Shown here: positions 1 to 13,247 of the stretch, one piece after another
How positions within the stretch are numbered: position 1 is the stretch's first letter
How the letters are laid out: the number at the start of each line of letters is the position of its first letter
DNA from: Neocallimastix sp. 'constans'
Lineage: Eukaryota
Length of the DNA stretch: 64,000 nucleotides
Direction of reading: 5' to 3'
Assembly: GCA_050613775.1 (NCBI GenBank)
Contig: JBODTK010000119.1
Location: 124,001-188,000 of the forward strand
The notes under the pieces: generated by a model
The model's input: the letters and a program-made list of their open reading frames with translations, nothing else
Database searches by the model: none
Told to the model about the DNA's origin: nothing
Position numbers and translations under genes: made by a program

Positions 1-471
1 GATAATGAAGAAATAAACAATAACATTAATAATAGTAATATTAATACAAATATTTCAGTAAATAGTACTATTAGTATTCCTAATATCAATAATAATATCA
101 ACAGCAACAGCAACAGCAATAGCAATAGCAATAACTTCAATATTGCTAATCAAAGTAATAATAATTATAGTGATAATTTATCAGCAGCTCAAAGTATTAC
201 TCTTGATACTCCCTCAAAAACACATTCAAATCAAAAAGGATCTCAAAATATGGAATCATCAATGATAACATTAAGATCATTTAATCCTGAAGTTATTGAA
301 ACATGTTATAAAGTTATTTTAAAAGGAGGTATAACATGGGAAGTTGGACCAACCTTTAATTGTAGAGAACCAGCTAAAGAGCCAGTGGAAGGTTACATTA
401 ATTCCTATTCAAGAATATGGATTTTAAAATTTATTACAGAATTACCTGAAAACCCGGAAATTGTAGATTAA
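1..471 (+). CDS. 3' end of an unknown protein-coding gene, truncated by the window edge
   Basis: Frame 1 is open from base 1 to TAA at 469-471. It encodes an Asn/Ser-rich linker followed by a globular-looking C-terminus (MITLRSFNPEVIETCYKVILKGGITWEVGPTFNCREP...). No family recognised. Confidence 0.65.
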   Translation, partial: DNEEINNNINNSNINTNISVNSTISIPNINNNINSNSNSNSNSNNFNIANQSNNNYSDNLSAAQSITLDTPSKTHSNQKGSQNMESSMITLRSFNPEVIETCYKVILKGGITWEVGPTFNCREPAKEPVEGYINSYSRIWILKFITELPENPEIVD

Positions 472-679
472 GTTATTGATTTTCTATTAAATATGAAAAT
501 TATATATATATAGGAAATAGAAAAATAAAATGAAATAAAAATAATAAATATTTTATTAATTTCAATATAAATTTATTACAAAAAAAATAAAAAAAATTCT
601 CAAATTACAAAAAAATTAAATATATATAATTAAATTACTATAAACTGTTAAAATGTATATAATAAATAAAATTATTAAG

Positions 680-729
<50 letters not shown>

Positions 730-796
730 AAATTAATCATATAATAAAAATATAAATTTCATTTAATTTTACATATCATTTTTCAATATATTTTAT

Positions 797-935
<139 letters not shown>

Positions 936-1284
936 TTTATAATTTATCTTATATAAAAGATAAATAGGAATATTATCATTTTATATTTAATTAATTTTAT
1001 CTCTTTGTCTCGATATTTTTTATTAATAATATATTTTTTATTTATTTTTCTCCATCAATTCATTCTTATATTCAAAGTAATATTAATTATATATAATAAT
1101 AATAAAGTGTAAGAAATATTGAATTTTTATACACAAAAATCCAATGCAATTGATATGAATGTAGAAATTTTTGTAATATTAATAAAGCTGGTTAACTTCC
1201 TCTTAAACTATTTATATAAATTAATAATATATTTTGTGAATCTGATATTATACATATTTTGAATTTTTTTTTAGACCAGGTGTA

Positions 1285-1620
1285 AACTTTATTTAATTAT
1301 TTTAATAATATTTATTAAAAAAATACATGAAAACAAAATACATGAAATTTTTTATATTTATATTATAAAACTATTTTATGAGTTTCGATGACGAAATGGC
1401 CTCTAACTCTTCATCGATGATAATTCCATGAAGATATAAATTATTATTATAATCTATATCAAAATTTCTTCTATGCCTTATCGTTTCGATGACTCTTGAC
1501 ACGGTACCTATATTGGTATACAAATTGATCATTGTGTAAAAATAACTAATCACAAAAAGCATAATATTTGTAAGGAATTCTGCAAGACCTAAAAAATATA
1601 AAATAGGGGAATAAAAGACT
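1285..1620 (-). mobile_element. Dispersed repeat, probable 3' end of a non-LTR retrotransposon (copy A)
   Basis: The reverse complement aligns by eye with 27336-27560: GAAGAGTTAGAGGCCATTTCGTCATCGAAACTC vs GAAGAGTTAGAGGGTCATTTCGTCCTCGAAACTC, and both continue into TTTCATGTATTT..TTTTCATGTATTTTTTTAATAAATATT. A residual ORF end reads GLAEFLTNIMLFVISYF...SKLIK*. Confidence 0.6.
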
Positions 1621-2281
1621 CTCTTGAAGGTAAATGAAAAATATTTAGTTACAGAGGACTATCAGTAATAAAAATAATTGATTCAGAATAATACTTGTTT
1701 CTATTATAATTTATACTGTTAAATGCGCGAATCCTTAATGTAATTTTCCTATTTATTCTTTTAACAGGTAAGTGTTTTTTTAATTATAATTTTAAAATAA
1801 AGTTTTAACTAACAAATATAATTTAAAACAAAAAAAAAAAATAAAAAAATAAAAATTGTTTTTAAAAATTTTAATATATATTTTTTACTGTTCCAGTAGT
1901 TATTTTATTTTATTTTTTTTTTTTTAAATTTTTTTATTTTTTTATTTTTTTTATTTATTTATTTATTTTTATTGGTTTAATTAATTTGTTATTTTTAGTT
2001 TTATATTTTGAAATGTTATTATATTTTTTTTTTTTTTATTTATATATATATATTTATTTATCTTAGTCAATTTTATTTATTTATTTTCCTTATTTTTTTC
2101 TCATTTTATATTATATTAATAATAGTATAAATAAATAAATAAATAAATATATAAATTAAATTAAATTAAATAATATTTTGAATTATATAATTGAAAATAT
2201 ACTGTTATTTTGTCAGTATTATATATTTAAATTAAAAATTATTTAAAATTGTAATTGAAAATAATTTTGTTATGATTAAAT

Positions 2282-4065
2282 TTATGAATTAAAATTCGAA
2301 CCAATAGCAAGCATTCCAAATAGAGTTGTTAATGATTCTTCGTATCCGCCAGAAAGTAAATTACGGAAATCTGGTGTAGAATAAATTGTACTTAAATGTT
2401 GAGCAATAAATTCTAGACATGATTTTTCTAAACGTGGGAAACAATAAATTTCACTTAAAATTGAACATGCGTTTTGACAAGTTATTCTTGAACATATAGA
2501 TTGATGAATATAATTCATTAATGATTCTAATTGATATTTATCGGCAGCACGATATAAATCAATAAGTTCATTTAAATCGTCATTAATTTCAGTCTTTACT
2601 GAATATAGGAATTTTATTAATGATTCAATCGTTGAATATCTAAAATCGGTAATAGTTATTTTTGAAGATTCTATATATAGTATTAAAAAAAATTATATTA
2701 ATTAAATACTATAATTAAAATTATAATTTATATTATGATTATATTTATAACTATAACTACAAAGAAAATAATTAATTTAATATTATATATTGCTATATCA
2801 TTTTTTTGAAATAACAATATACATATTATTAAATACATCTTCATTTATTTTATATCTTTCAAAGAAAAAAAAATAACGTTTATATATATATATATTACCT
2901 GATTCACACATTCCAGAATTAAACATTGCTCTAAAGTAATTACTTCTTGCACTTAAAATTATTTTATGAGCATAAATGCATTTTCCTTCTATAATCAATT
3001 GAACATCTGCGGTTTTATCATTATTAAATTCTGATTCAAATTCTTTAACAACTCTAAACATACGATCAAGATGTGGAGAAAATATTTTTACTTCATTTTC
3101 TATTTGAATTAGATATATTTCATTTTCAAATGCAGGCGGTAATTCAATTGTTGAAGGACGATATTTATTCTTTTTATTATTTTTTATAAAGTAATAATAT
3201 TATTATTATATATGCATATATTATATACAAAATTATATTAATCTACCAATAATATAAAATAATGAAAATATAATTATAAAAAATTACTACGATTAAATCT
3301 TAAAATAAAATGTTTAAATATAAATACCATAGGATTAGCATCAAAAAGATTATTATTTATGAATTTTGGTTTACTTGAAAGGGTGGGTGATGATGGTGGA
3401 CTACAAAGATATTTGTCAAATTCCATTTCACCATTCATTTTGGATTTATGTTGTGTATTTGTTATTGCAGTTGAGGATGAGGATGTAGATGAAGATACAT
3501 TTGAAATTGATAATGAAGATGAATTATTATGTAAATTGATTTTATCATTAAAATTATTGTTTTCACGGTAGCTTGAATAAATTGAAGGGTTATATCTTTG
3601 ATTAGATGAAGATAATTCCTTGGGTATTGATTTAACATTATTATTGGATTGTATGGAACGAATGGTAATTCCTACAACTAATTGGTCATTTTTCATTAAT
3701 GAATATAATCTTTCTAATTCGCAAAATCGTAAGAAACCCCATGATGGATTATTTGAAGTAAATTCTTGTGCAGATTTACTTGCACGACGGACAATATCTA
3801 CAGGTGCATCTGGTTCAGTTCTTAAAAAGAATGTTGCTGAAAAGGTATCTGTTTTCCATACGGATTCTTTAAAATTTGTCGATGGCACAGCTTCTAAAAA
3901 AACAGATAGATAATTATCACTTTTATCTTTAATTCCTTTTGGGTATATACTAAGTCTCCAACTTTGACCACTACTCCAAAAACATTGACTAAAAATCTCA
4001 GTATCTGGAAGTTTAGAGTAATTATTAATACACCACAAGAATCCAACAATTTTTAAATTATCCAT
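2282..4065 (-). CDS. MATH-BTB/POZ (SPOP-like) Cullin3 substrate adaptor, 3 exons (4065-3328, 3169-2899, 2670-2282)
   Basis: MATH motifs FLWCINNYS, WRLSIYPKG, YLSVFL and SWGFLRF. BTB motifs ADVQLIIEGKCIYAHKIILSARSNYFRAMF, FLYS and LYRAADKYQLESL, then a BACK-like tail. GT-AG introns keep the frame. Confidence 0.9.
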
Positions 4066-5412
4066 TTTTTTATTTAATAAAAATAAAAATAACAATAAAA
4101 TATAAAATAAAATAAAATAAAATAAAATAAAAAATAAAATAAAAAAACTAATTTTTTTTATATTACTAAATTTTTTTCAATATATATTATAATATAATTT
4201 ATTATTTTAATCATAAATTATAATATCCAATTATATTAATAAATTTTAATTATCATATTATTATATTTAATAATTATATTAACATAACATTTACCTTTTA
4301 ACAATAATAAATGATATTTCTACTTTATATTATTTTTTATATATTATATAATTTTTTTTATTATTTATTTTCGAATGTTATAAATCAAATTAAAAACAAA
4401 ATATATTAATAATTAAATATTTATATATAATTATAACCAAGAATTGTTAAAACTAAATTTGGTTTCACAACCTTATTGAATATGTTATAAAAAATTATTT
4501 ATTAGTATTATTGATATAAAAAACCATTTATTAGGTATTATTGTTATAAAAAAAAAAATATTTATTAGTATTACTATTATAATAATAAATTTGATTAAAT
4601 AATTTTAATGTAAAACAATATTTTATTATAATTAAAATATATATGACTTCGTTATATAATTAAGATTTTTATTATAATTAATATCAAATAAATAAAAAAT
4701 TACTTTTTTATTTCAAGCTTTAATTTTTTTTTTTTTTTTTTTTTTTAATTAACTATTTATTTATTATTATTTTATTTTTTATAAAAAAGTTTTCTTATTT
4801 TACTGCTTTTATGTAATAATGAAGTTTTTTTTATTTATTGAAATAATTTAATTATGTATTTTGTTTTCTCCTAAAAAATTTCTCTTTTTTAATGTAAAAT
4901 CACTGTTATTTAGTTTTATTGATTAATTTGAGAATAACTTTATTTTTCTAATAATTATTACATTCACAATAAAAGTAAATTAAAAAGGAAAATCAAAAGA
5001 ATTTATTTTCAATTGTAATCTTTCAATTTTACTTTTTTAATTTTATTAAAACAAAAAAAATCTTTAAGCCTAAATAATATTTTTTTTTCTCCTATTTCCT
5101 TATTTTTTTTATTATTATAATTGTTTATCTTAACTTATATATACTTTTAAATATACAAAAATAAATTATAATACAAAAAAAATATATATATATATATTTA
5201 TTATGTTCTGGCTTTAGCTTATTTTTTTATTTTTTTATATAATTTCAAATTTTAAAATTATAAAAAAAAAAAAAAGTGTGAAATTTTTTAAAAAAAAAAT
5301 AAAAAATAAAAACATATATATTTACATTATATTAATATATTTAAAAATCAAACTTAATTTAATAATAAATCCTTTTTAAATATTATATATTTATTATTAT
5401 AATTATTATTAC

Positions 5413-5446
<34 letters not shown>

Positions 5447-6280
5447 TTATAATAAATATTAATATGCAAATTTTAATATTTATACTAGAATTTTTTTAAA
5501 ATTTAAAATATATATTTTCTATATAATTTTTTTCGATATGAATAAATCAATAAAATAATATATAAAATAATATATAAAATAATATATGAAAATCAAATTT
5601 TATAATATAAATTAAGACACAATAATAACAAAATTTTATTATTAATATGTAAAAAATTTGAATAAATAATAAAATCTTTTTAAACAAAAACAAAATAAAT
5701 TATTAAAAAAAAAAGATTTTTATATATATACAATATTTTATAATATATTATAAAAATTTAAAAATTAATTCAAAAAACATAAAAAAAAAAAAAGATTTTA
5801 ATATATTACAATATTTTATAATATATTATAAAAATTTAAAAATAATTCAAAAGACATAAATTAATTTATTGGTATAATATATTATAGTATACTATTTTTA
5901 ATATAACATATATATTAATCACATTTCTTTTTATCCTATTAATATAAAATAATTTTAAATATTTATTATTTTAATAATCTTAATTAATCAAATAGATTAA
6001 TATTTTATTATTAATAAAAATCAAATGGATTTATTAAATATAAAGCTTTTTTTGATTGAAATAGAAGACACTTTTGAATACTGACGTTTATATATTGAAG
6101 AAAAAAAGTGTTAGTTAATGAAAGATTTAACTCTATTATCATATATTAATAAAAACAATATCTAAATAAAAAATATTAATTTTAATAATCCAAAAGATTA
6201 ATTAAAGATGTTAATATGTCATTATATATGATAATTATTGCTATATATTTAAAAACAACTTATAAAAATTGTGTTAAATC

Positions 6281-6323
<43 letters not shown>

Positions 6324-7659
6324 AGTTGAAATGATGGGATAAAAAGGGATAAAAAGATATTTGAATAATTTCTTGAACTGATAAAGTGTAACAAAAATTA
6401 AAAATATATATATATATAATAATAATAATTATAATAATAATAATAATAATAATGAATGAATGAATGAATAAAAAGACAAATAAATAATTGAATAAATAAA
6501 ATAATAAATAATTAAATATATATATGCAATTTATTTAAATAAATAATAAGTTAATATTAAGGTAAAAATAATATAATTCTATAAAAAAAATTTTCCTTTT
6601 ACTATTAATTAATTTTAAAAACTTTAATTTATATGTTTACCTTTTTAAGAAATTACTAATTTGAATTTGAAATGTTGTTTTCTTCTGTGTAACATTTACT
6701 ACCTCAGAGTTTTTTAGGAGTAAAAAATTTTTGTAAAATAAAAATTTTAAATTATTAAACTTTATCCATATTAATTTTTATATTAATTTTTATAATAAAT
6801 ATTATTTATATATCTAATATAAAATATTTTTTTATATTTTACTTTTCAAATAATATTAAATTAAACAATTAATATACATTTTGTTCAATTTTGATTTTTT
6901 GAATAAATTTTTCTTCTAATCTTTTTATATTAACTAATATAATTAAATTATAAAATGAAAGAAACAAGAAATTAAAGTTAGTTTTATAAAATTCATATAT
7001 TGCAACTCAACCCTCTTTAGCTGATATTTATTATTTGAGTTACCAAAATATCTATTTAACCAGTACCAAAATATTTATAATAATAAATTATCTGTCATTT
7101 TATTATTAATAAGTTATACAAAACCAAAGTATAACTTATTGTATTGATATTTTCTATTAATAGAATAATTTATTCGATTATTTATTTTAAAATTATGTCA
7201 TAAATTTTCCATAATATTAGAAAGATAAATTATTAGAATATATAATATACATATATTTATTTTAATCCATAATTTCAAAATTTAATATTTAATATTATTA
7301 TATATTTTATATTTATTTTTTATGGTACTTATAGTAATTATTAATAAAAGCCTTATTTCCACATCATTAAAAGTTTCTAAAGGAGCTAATTAAGTTTAGT
7401 ATCATACGAGGCTTGAAGAGCACATTCGACTTGACGCTTAAGCCAGTACGGAGCATAATAATAGTTAAAATAATATGCTTTTATACATAAAGCAATTTAA
7501 AAAAAAATTAATAAAATTATTATTAAGAAACAGAAATATATATATTTATATAATAATTACATATAGATATAGATTAATGTTAATTAAATTATAATCCATA
7601 ATATATATAAAAAATTTTTTAAAGGAATATATTAATTTTTTTTTTTTTTCTAAGGAATA

Positions 7660-10230
7660 ATATTGTCTTTGATTATTTAAAACTATTTCTAATTTTAATC
7701 AAAAAGATTTTTTCATAAGGTAGTTTTTAGTAAAGATGCATAGTAAAGAACTGAATTAAAGATAAAGAAAACTAAAATATGAGTTTTAAAATAGAAAGGT
7801 ACGCTCCTATTGGTTAAAAATCTAAGGAAAGAGTTAATTGTATAAATTATTTTACTGTTCATTTTAGCAATAATAGGCTCTAATTCAAATGATTCATTGA
7901 AATATATTACAAGATATGTGTATATTGATTAGTGCTTAGTAGTTGATTCATATTAAGCTTAAATATAGGATTTTCATAATGTCTTGAAGGTATATAAAGT
8001 TCTTTAGTTTAACAACAAGTGTAGCGCATTTACTAATTCCAAAGTTCATTTCATTTTTGATACCCCAATCATGAGCTTTATTTAAAAGGTTTTTAAGAGA
8101 GGATTTTGTAGGGGACTAACAAATCTTTATCATCAGCTAATAGATCACCACAACAATTTTTTCTTTCATCAATTATATCATATCTATTTATCTAATATGT
8201 CATTGATAAATATGTTAAATAAAATAGGTGATAGAGACATCCTTTGTGAACACTATAATGTATTGGAAATTCTTTAGTTTGCAGGAGTTTTCGAACTATG
8301 GTATAGATTTGTAATGAACTGAAGACATCTACAACGAATACCAATACTATTAAGTTTTGTAAGTAAAATATAAATTGGAATTGAATCATAAGCTTTTTTG
8401 AAGGAAAGGAAAACAAAAAAAGGTAAATTGAAAATTTTTCTTCTTTAACATAGTTCACAAATTGAGACAAATAAACTAATACATTATTTTTTATTTCTAA
8501 TCCAAATTGTTCTAATTTAATAATTCCATGAGAAAAAGCATAGTATAAATTCTTTTAGTTATAATTTTTGACAGAATCTTTAATCTTACATTAATGAGTG
8601 AAATACTACAGTAATTATTACAATCTGAAAGATTCCCTTTCTTAGAAATGGAAACAATAAAAATAGAACTCTATTTATCAAGGAAGTTACCATCCCAAAC
8701 TTTATTAAATAATAAAAAAATAAGACATTTTGCACAATAGGAATAAGTAATTTCTTGATAAAGATCATTTTAAGAGGAAGCTCTACTCTCAGAATTAAAA
8801 AAATGCTTTAAAAAATTCTGTTGATAAACCATTAGAGTGCTTTTTTATTTTTCATTGAAAGAACAGTAGAATACATTTCTGACATTGAAATAGGTTGACT
8901 AATGTCCCATGATTCCTGAGGATAAGAAGAACTATTTAGTATTCCTTTTCAATAATTTTCATTATGACTTTGTCCTTTTATATCAAAAGCAAGTTCTTTA
9001 TAATATTCTACAAAATGGTTGAGTTGATCTTCTTGAGATACTAGAACATTACTTATTTTATCTATAATGTACACAGGTGATTAGGAAAGGGAGTAAGAAG
9101 GTTAAGAGATATTCTTAAGATCAGACCAACTATGTTGAGTGTCATTTTTTAAGAAACATTCGCCTATGAAATGAATCGAATTTTTAAATCTAATTTTCTT
9201 AATAATCCTCTTAATATTAATGATATAATCAGAAAGAATCCTGTATTCTTTGGAGAGGTCACGAAATGCTTGAAGATTAGATAAATTACATCTATGCAAA
9301 TTTAAAATTTTAATCCATTTATAAAATAAGTACTTTTCATGAGATAATTTCTTAAAGTAAGCAGGGCAATGAAATGTTGAAATTTGTAGACTTTTAAGAA
9401 CTCTTGCTTAAATTTTATCAACTACTTCATTTGTTGTAACAAGAAATTTCTTTACCATTGTATAAGAGTCCAGATTATTATTATTTTCAAATTCATCTAG
9501 TAAAAATTCATCTAGTAAAAATTTATCTAGTAAAAATTCATCTAGTAAAAATTCATCTAGTAAAAATTCATCTAGTAAAAATTCATCTAGTAAAAATTCA
9601 TCTAGTAAAAATTCATCTAGTAAAAATTCATCTAGTAAAAATTCATCTAGTAATAATTCATCTAGTAAACGTATGAATTTATTATGAGAGAAATTTGTTT
9701 CATGTTTATTCCTACAAATTCGACTAGACCATTTAATTTTCTTACCAGGAAAAGGTGTAATAAAACCATCAAGAGATGCTTTTTTACAAGAAAGAATATG
9801 TGGTAAATTATTAGAGATATCATTAAAACGGAGTTGTATACAGAAGCAATATTCAGATAATCTCTTAATTAATCATTAACAATTATAAAGTCAATACAAG
9901 AATTCTTTTAACCATAAGAACAAGTAAATTGGTGACCAACCATACCAACCATATCCATATTAAATCAAGAAATTTCTAAGAATAAGATCTTTAAATTGCT
10001 GTTTAGTCATGACGAAATCACCATCAATAACAGAAAAATTAATCTGATGATTCTTGAGTCAATTAGTAAAGTCATTTTTCACATTGTCTCTAAAGTCTTT
10101 ATGTTTTTCGTTGAAGATGTAAATGATTCTTAATGAACATCTAACACCCCAAAAGGAAACTATACTTACTGAGATCATTCCTGAATCTTTCTCTAATCTC
10201 TATTCATTTCTTGATCATTATAAAAGAGTA
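7660..10230 (-). mobile_element. Degenerate LINE (APE endonuclease + reverse transcriptase), with frameshifts and stops
   Basis: Minus-strand fragments occur in the expected order. Endonuclease: GDF (~10020), SCIDFII (~9890), DIS.NLP (~9810, a decayed SDH.P). RT: IVSI.KKGNLSDCNNY.SISLINV (~8650-8590), FKKAYDSIPI (~8390), V.KGC.SPILF (~8240), CCGDLLADD (~8140), WGIKNEMNFGISKCATLVVK (~8060), YTYL.I.F (~7910). Confidence 0.9.
9488..9667. repeat. 15-bp minisatellite (AAAATTCATCTAGTA) x12 inside the LINE relic
   Basis: Twelve near-identical units counted. They generate the spurious KIHLV ORF at 9458-9676. Confidence 0.97.
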
Positions 10231-11929
10231 CTGAGAAGTGCAGACATAAAATCCCTAGGTATGCGTCGCCTTTATATTGGTATCTACAGTTTATGCTAAT
10301 TCATTAATATAGTTATATACTCTCAGTCTACTTTCCGTACAAGATTTAAAGAAATTAATAAAAATAATAACAAATTTTTTATAGTTAGAACTAAAACGTC
10401 TCAGACCCCAACGTATAATCGACATTTCAAAATAAAAACTTTTTTTTTAAATATTGTATTTATTTCAGTCGGTTTTACATCCTAATAAATAAAATTCAAA
10501 TAATTAGGAATTTTTGAAATTTAGTATAAAATTGAATTTTAATTTTTTATGGTTCTCTATTGATATCTTAAAATACTTCATCATTTAATTATTGGTAAAT
10601 AAATGAAAATAATAATAAAAATAAATTATTTTTTTTAAAAGTATAAAGGATATTAAATATCAAAAATATATTAAAAAATTGAAAAATGTATATGAGGTGG
10701 ACCAAATCAATTCCTAAAGGAATATAAAAAGTACCATAATTACATAACCATTAAAAAATAAAAAAATACATGATATATATAATATTATAGAACTATACAT
10801 GAATAATTCATACATGAAGAAATAATAAATACATGAAAAAAATGAAAATACAAAAGAAAGGAAAAACAAATATTGAAGAAAAATGACACCATTTCTTAAA
10901 ATTTTTTAAAATTAATTAATGACTTTTTGGTACAATAAGTAATTGCATCAAAAACATTCATTGAGTAATGTTGGATTTTTTTTTTTTTACCATTACTATC
11001 CGTACCACGAGATATAAGATGTTTTTTCCTTTAAAGAAAAATACGTCTCTGAGGAGATTTCTTTTAAAATATATAATATATATATGTATTTTCTTAATTA
11101 CTAACTTTTTAAAATCATATTCCTAATATTTATAAGACATTAATGTTTTTTTATAAAAAAAAAAAATCTGAACTAAAGAATTTAATAATAAACATAAATA
11201 ATGCAAATTTAGTTTTTTATTTATTACTTTAAATGAATATATAGTATGATACCATTATTCATTATTATTATTATTATAGAATACCTTTTTTCACTTTATA
11301 ATTTTAAATATAATTTTATAAATAAAAATTTAATGGCTAAACTTTAAATGTTAAGATGTTATATTTTATTTTTTAATATAAATTAATAAGATTTAAAATA
11401 AATAAATAAATAAATAAAAAGAATATAAAAGGTTTCCATTAAAGCCTTGTTCAATGTATAAATAATATTAATATTAATTAAATATATATATATATATATT
11501 TTTATCCTTTTTTACTCATGATAATTAATAATATAGTATATGAAAAAATGAGAATATAAAAGTTTTCCATATAAAAACTTCTTTTGATGTATAAAAATAT
11601 TAATAACATTTAATATATTTTTAAGTCCTTTATTTTTTTTTTTTTTTTTTTTTTCATATAATAATTAATTAAAATTATTTAATTAAATTAATTTTAATGA
11701 ATAATTACATTTTATAGATATATAGAACTTCTATATTATAAATATTATTGCTAGAATTCATAATAATTTATTAAGTTTACAGTGTATAAAATTTTTGTAT
11801 CTAAAATATAATTATATATATAATAAAATTATCGTATTTTAAATCAGTTGTACTATACATAATTATTTATATTTATATATATATATATTTTTTTTTTCCA
11901 TTTGAAGAACTGATAATAATAATTGATTC

Positions 11930-12400
11930 ATTAAATTTATTTACTCAAGAACCTATTGAAGGAAATCTCTTATTGCAGGAAGGTCTAAAATTTTTAGTTC
12001 TTTCATTAAAATGTTAAAACATATAAGATCATAATAGTTTTTTAAGAAATATATTTATATGAAATACTTTAAATACATTTAATGTTTATTAATTGGAATT
12101 TTTCATACTATTGGAATGTTAAATGATTTTGATTTTGGAATACCAAAATGAATATTACTACTTAGAAAAGTCTATTTTATTTGATTGTTCGAACTCTTTA
12201 GGTAAATGTAAATGAGACAAAAATAGATATAATCGGTATATAATATAAGATATTTTTTCTCCATGCTTTTAAATATTTTTCATTATTCAAATTAAAAAAT
12301 AGGTGGACACAGTAAATTAATTTTCTTTTGGCTTTACTTGATATATTATATTTTTGTTATCAATAAATTTATTATTTCAGAATTTCAAGCTTAAAGGTAA
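11930..12400 (-). pseudogene. Possible highly decayed MULE-type transposase fragment
   Basis: Minus-strand remnants YCVHL (resembles the CxxH motif) and FNERTKNF..SCNKRF (resembles RTNN..ES.N) occur in the right order. Many stops; weak evidence. Confidence 0.3.
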
Positions 12401-13247
12401 TGTAAGTAAAAAATAAAAAAAAATGATAAAAAAAATAATAGAGGGAAGAAAAAAGAAAGTATTAATAAAGATATTTATTATTTTTTTTCATTATATTAAT
12501 GTAATAATGTCTTATTAATTTATTTTCTTTATTATATTTAAAAATTTATTTTTTCATTTTTTTTTTAAAATTTGACCTCTTTATTAGTGAAAGACTAAAT
12601 ATAACTATATTTTTTTCATTGAAAAATAGTTAATTTTTCAATAATAATACAACTAGTAATAATAATAATAATAAAAAGAAAAAACTATTAATTGTTATAT
12701 AATTTAATAAATAATATATTATTAATTTTTTTTTTTTTTTTTCATTTTTGATAAAATAAAAAAAAAAATATTAACAAAAATTTTTTGTACATAAAATTTT
12801 TTACCGAGAATAATAAATGTCCATTCAGTTTATTATTATTATAATTATGATAATAATTATGAGAAACTTTATTTTCTTCATTTAATTTTTATAATTATTT
12901 ATTATTTATTAATAATTATTTATAATTCAAACTATGTTATTATATTTAATTTATTATTTGAAATTACTATATATATTTATTATTTATTTATTATTTATAT
13001 TTATTATTCATTATTTATTATTTATTATTTATTATTCATTATTTATTATTTATTTAACACATTTTAATACATTATGTTTTATTTGTAATTATAAAATATG
13101 AATTACACATAATTATAATTATGTATTATCGCATATTTGTATTTGGAATGTGGTGCATTTCACCAATTTTTATAATACAAATTTCCAATACGCCATTTAT
13201 TTTTAATGGCTTGTAAAATTTTTGTTAACGCCATAAAAAATTTAATA

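Noticed and set aside
3359..3913. Plus-strand ORFs of 70 and 97 aa
   Set aside because: Antisense shadows of the MATH-BTB exon.
6995..7016. TTGCAACTCAACCC as a right-hand MULE TIR
   Set aside because: The match is short, with no partner end or TSD found.
7380..7460. tRNA gene or Helitron 3' end
   Set aside because: No cloverleaf or T-loop consensus, and the hairpin is not followed by a properly placed CTRR|T terminus.
9458..9676. KIHLV-repeat ORF
   Set aside because: A by-product of the 15-bp minisatellite, antisense to the LINE.
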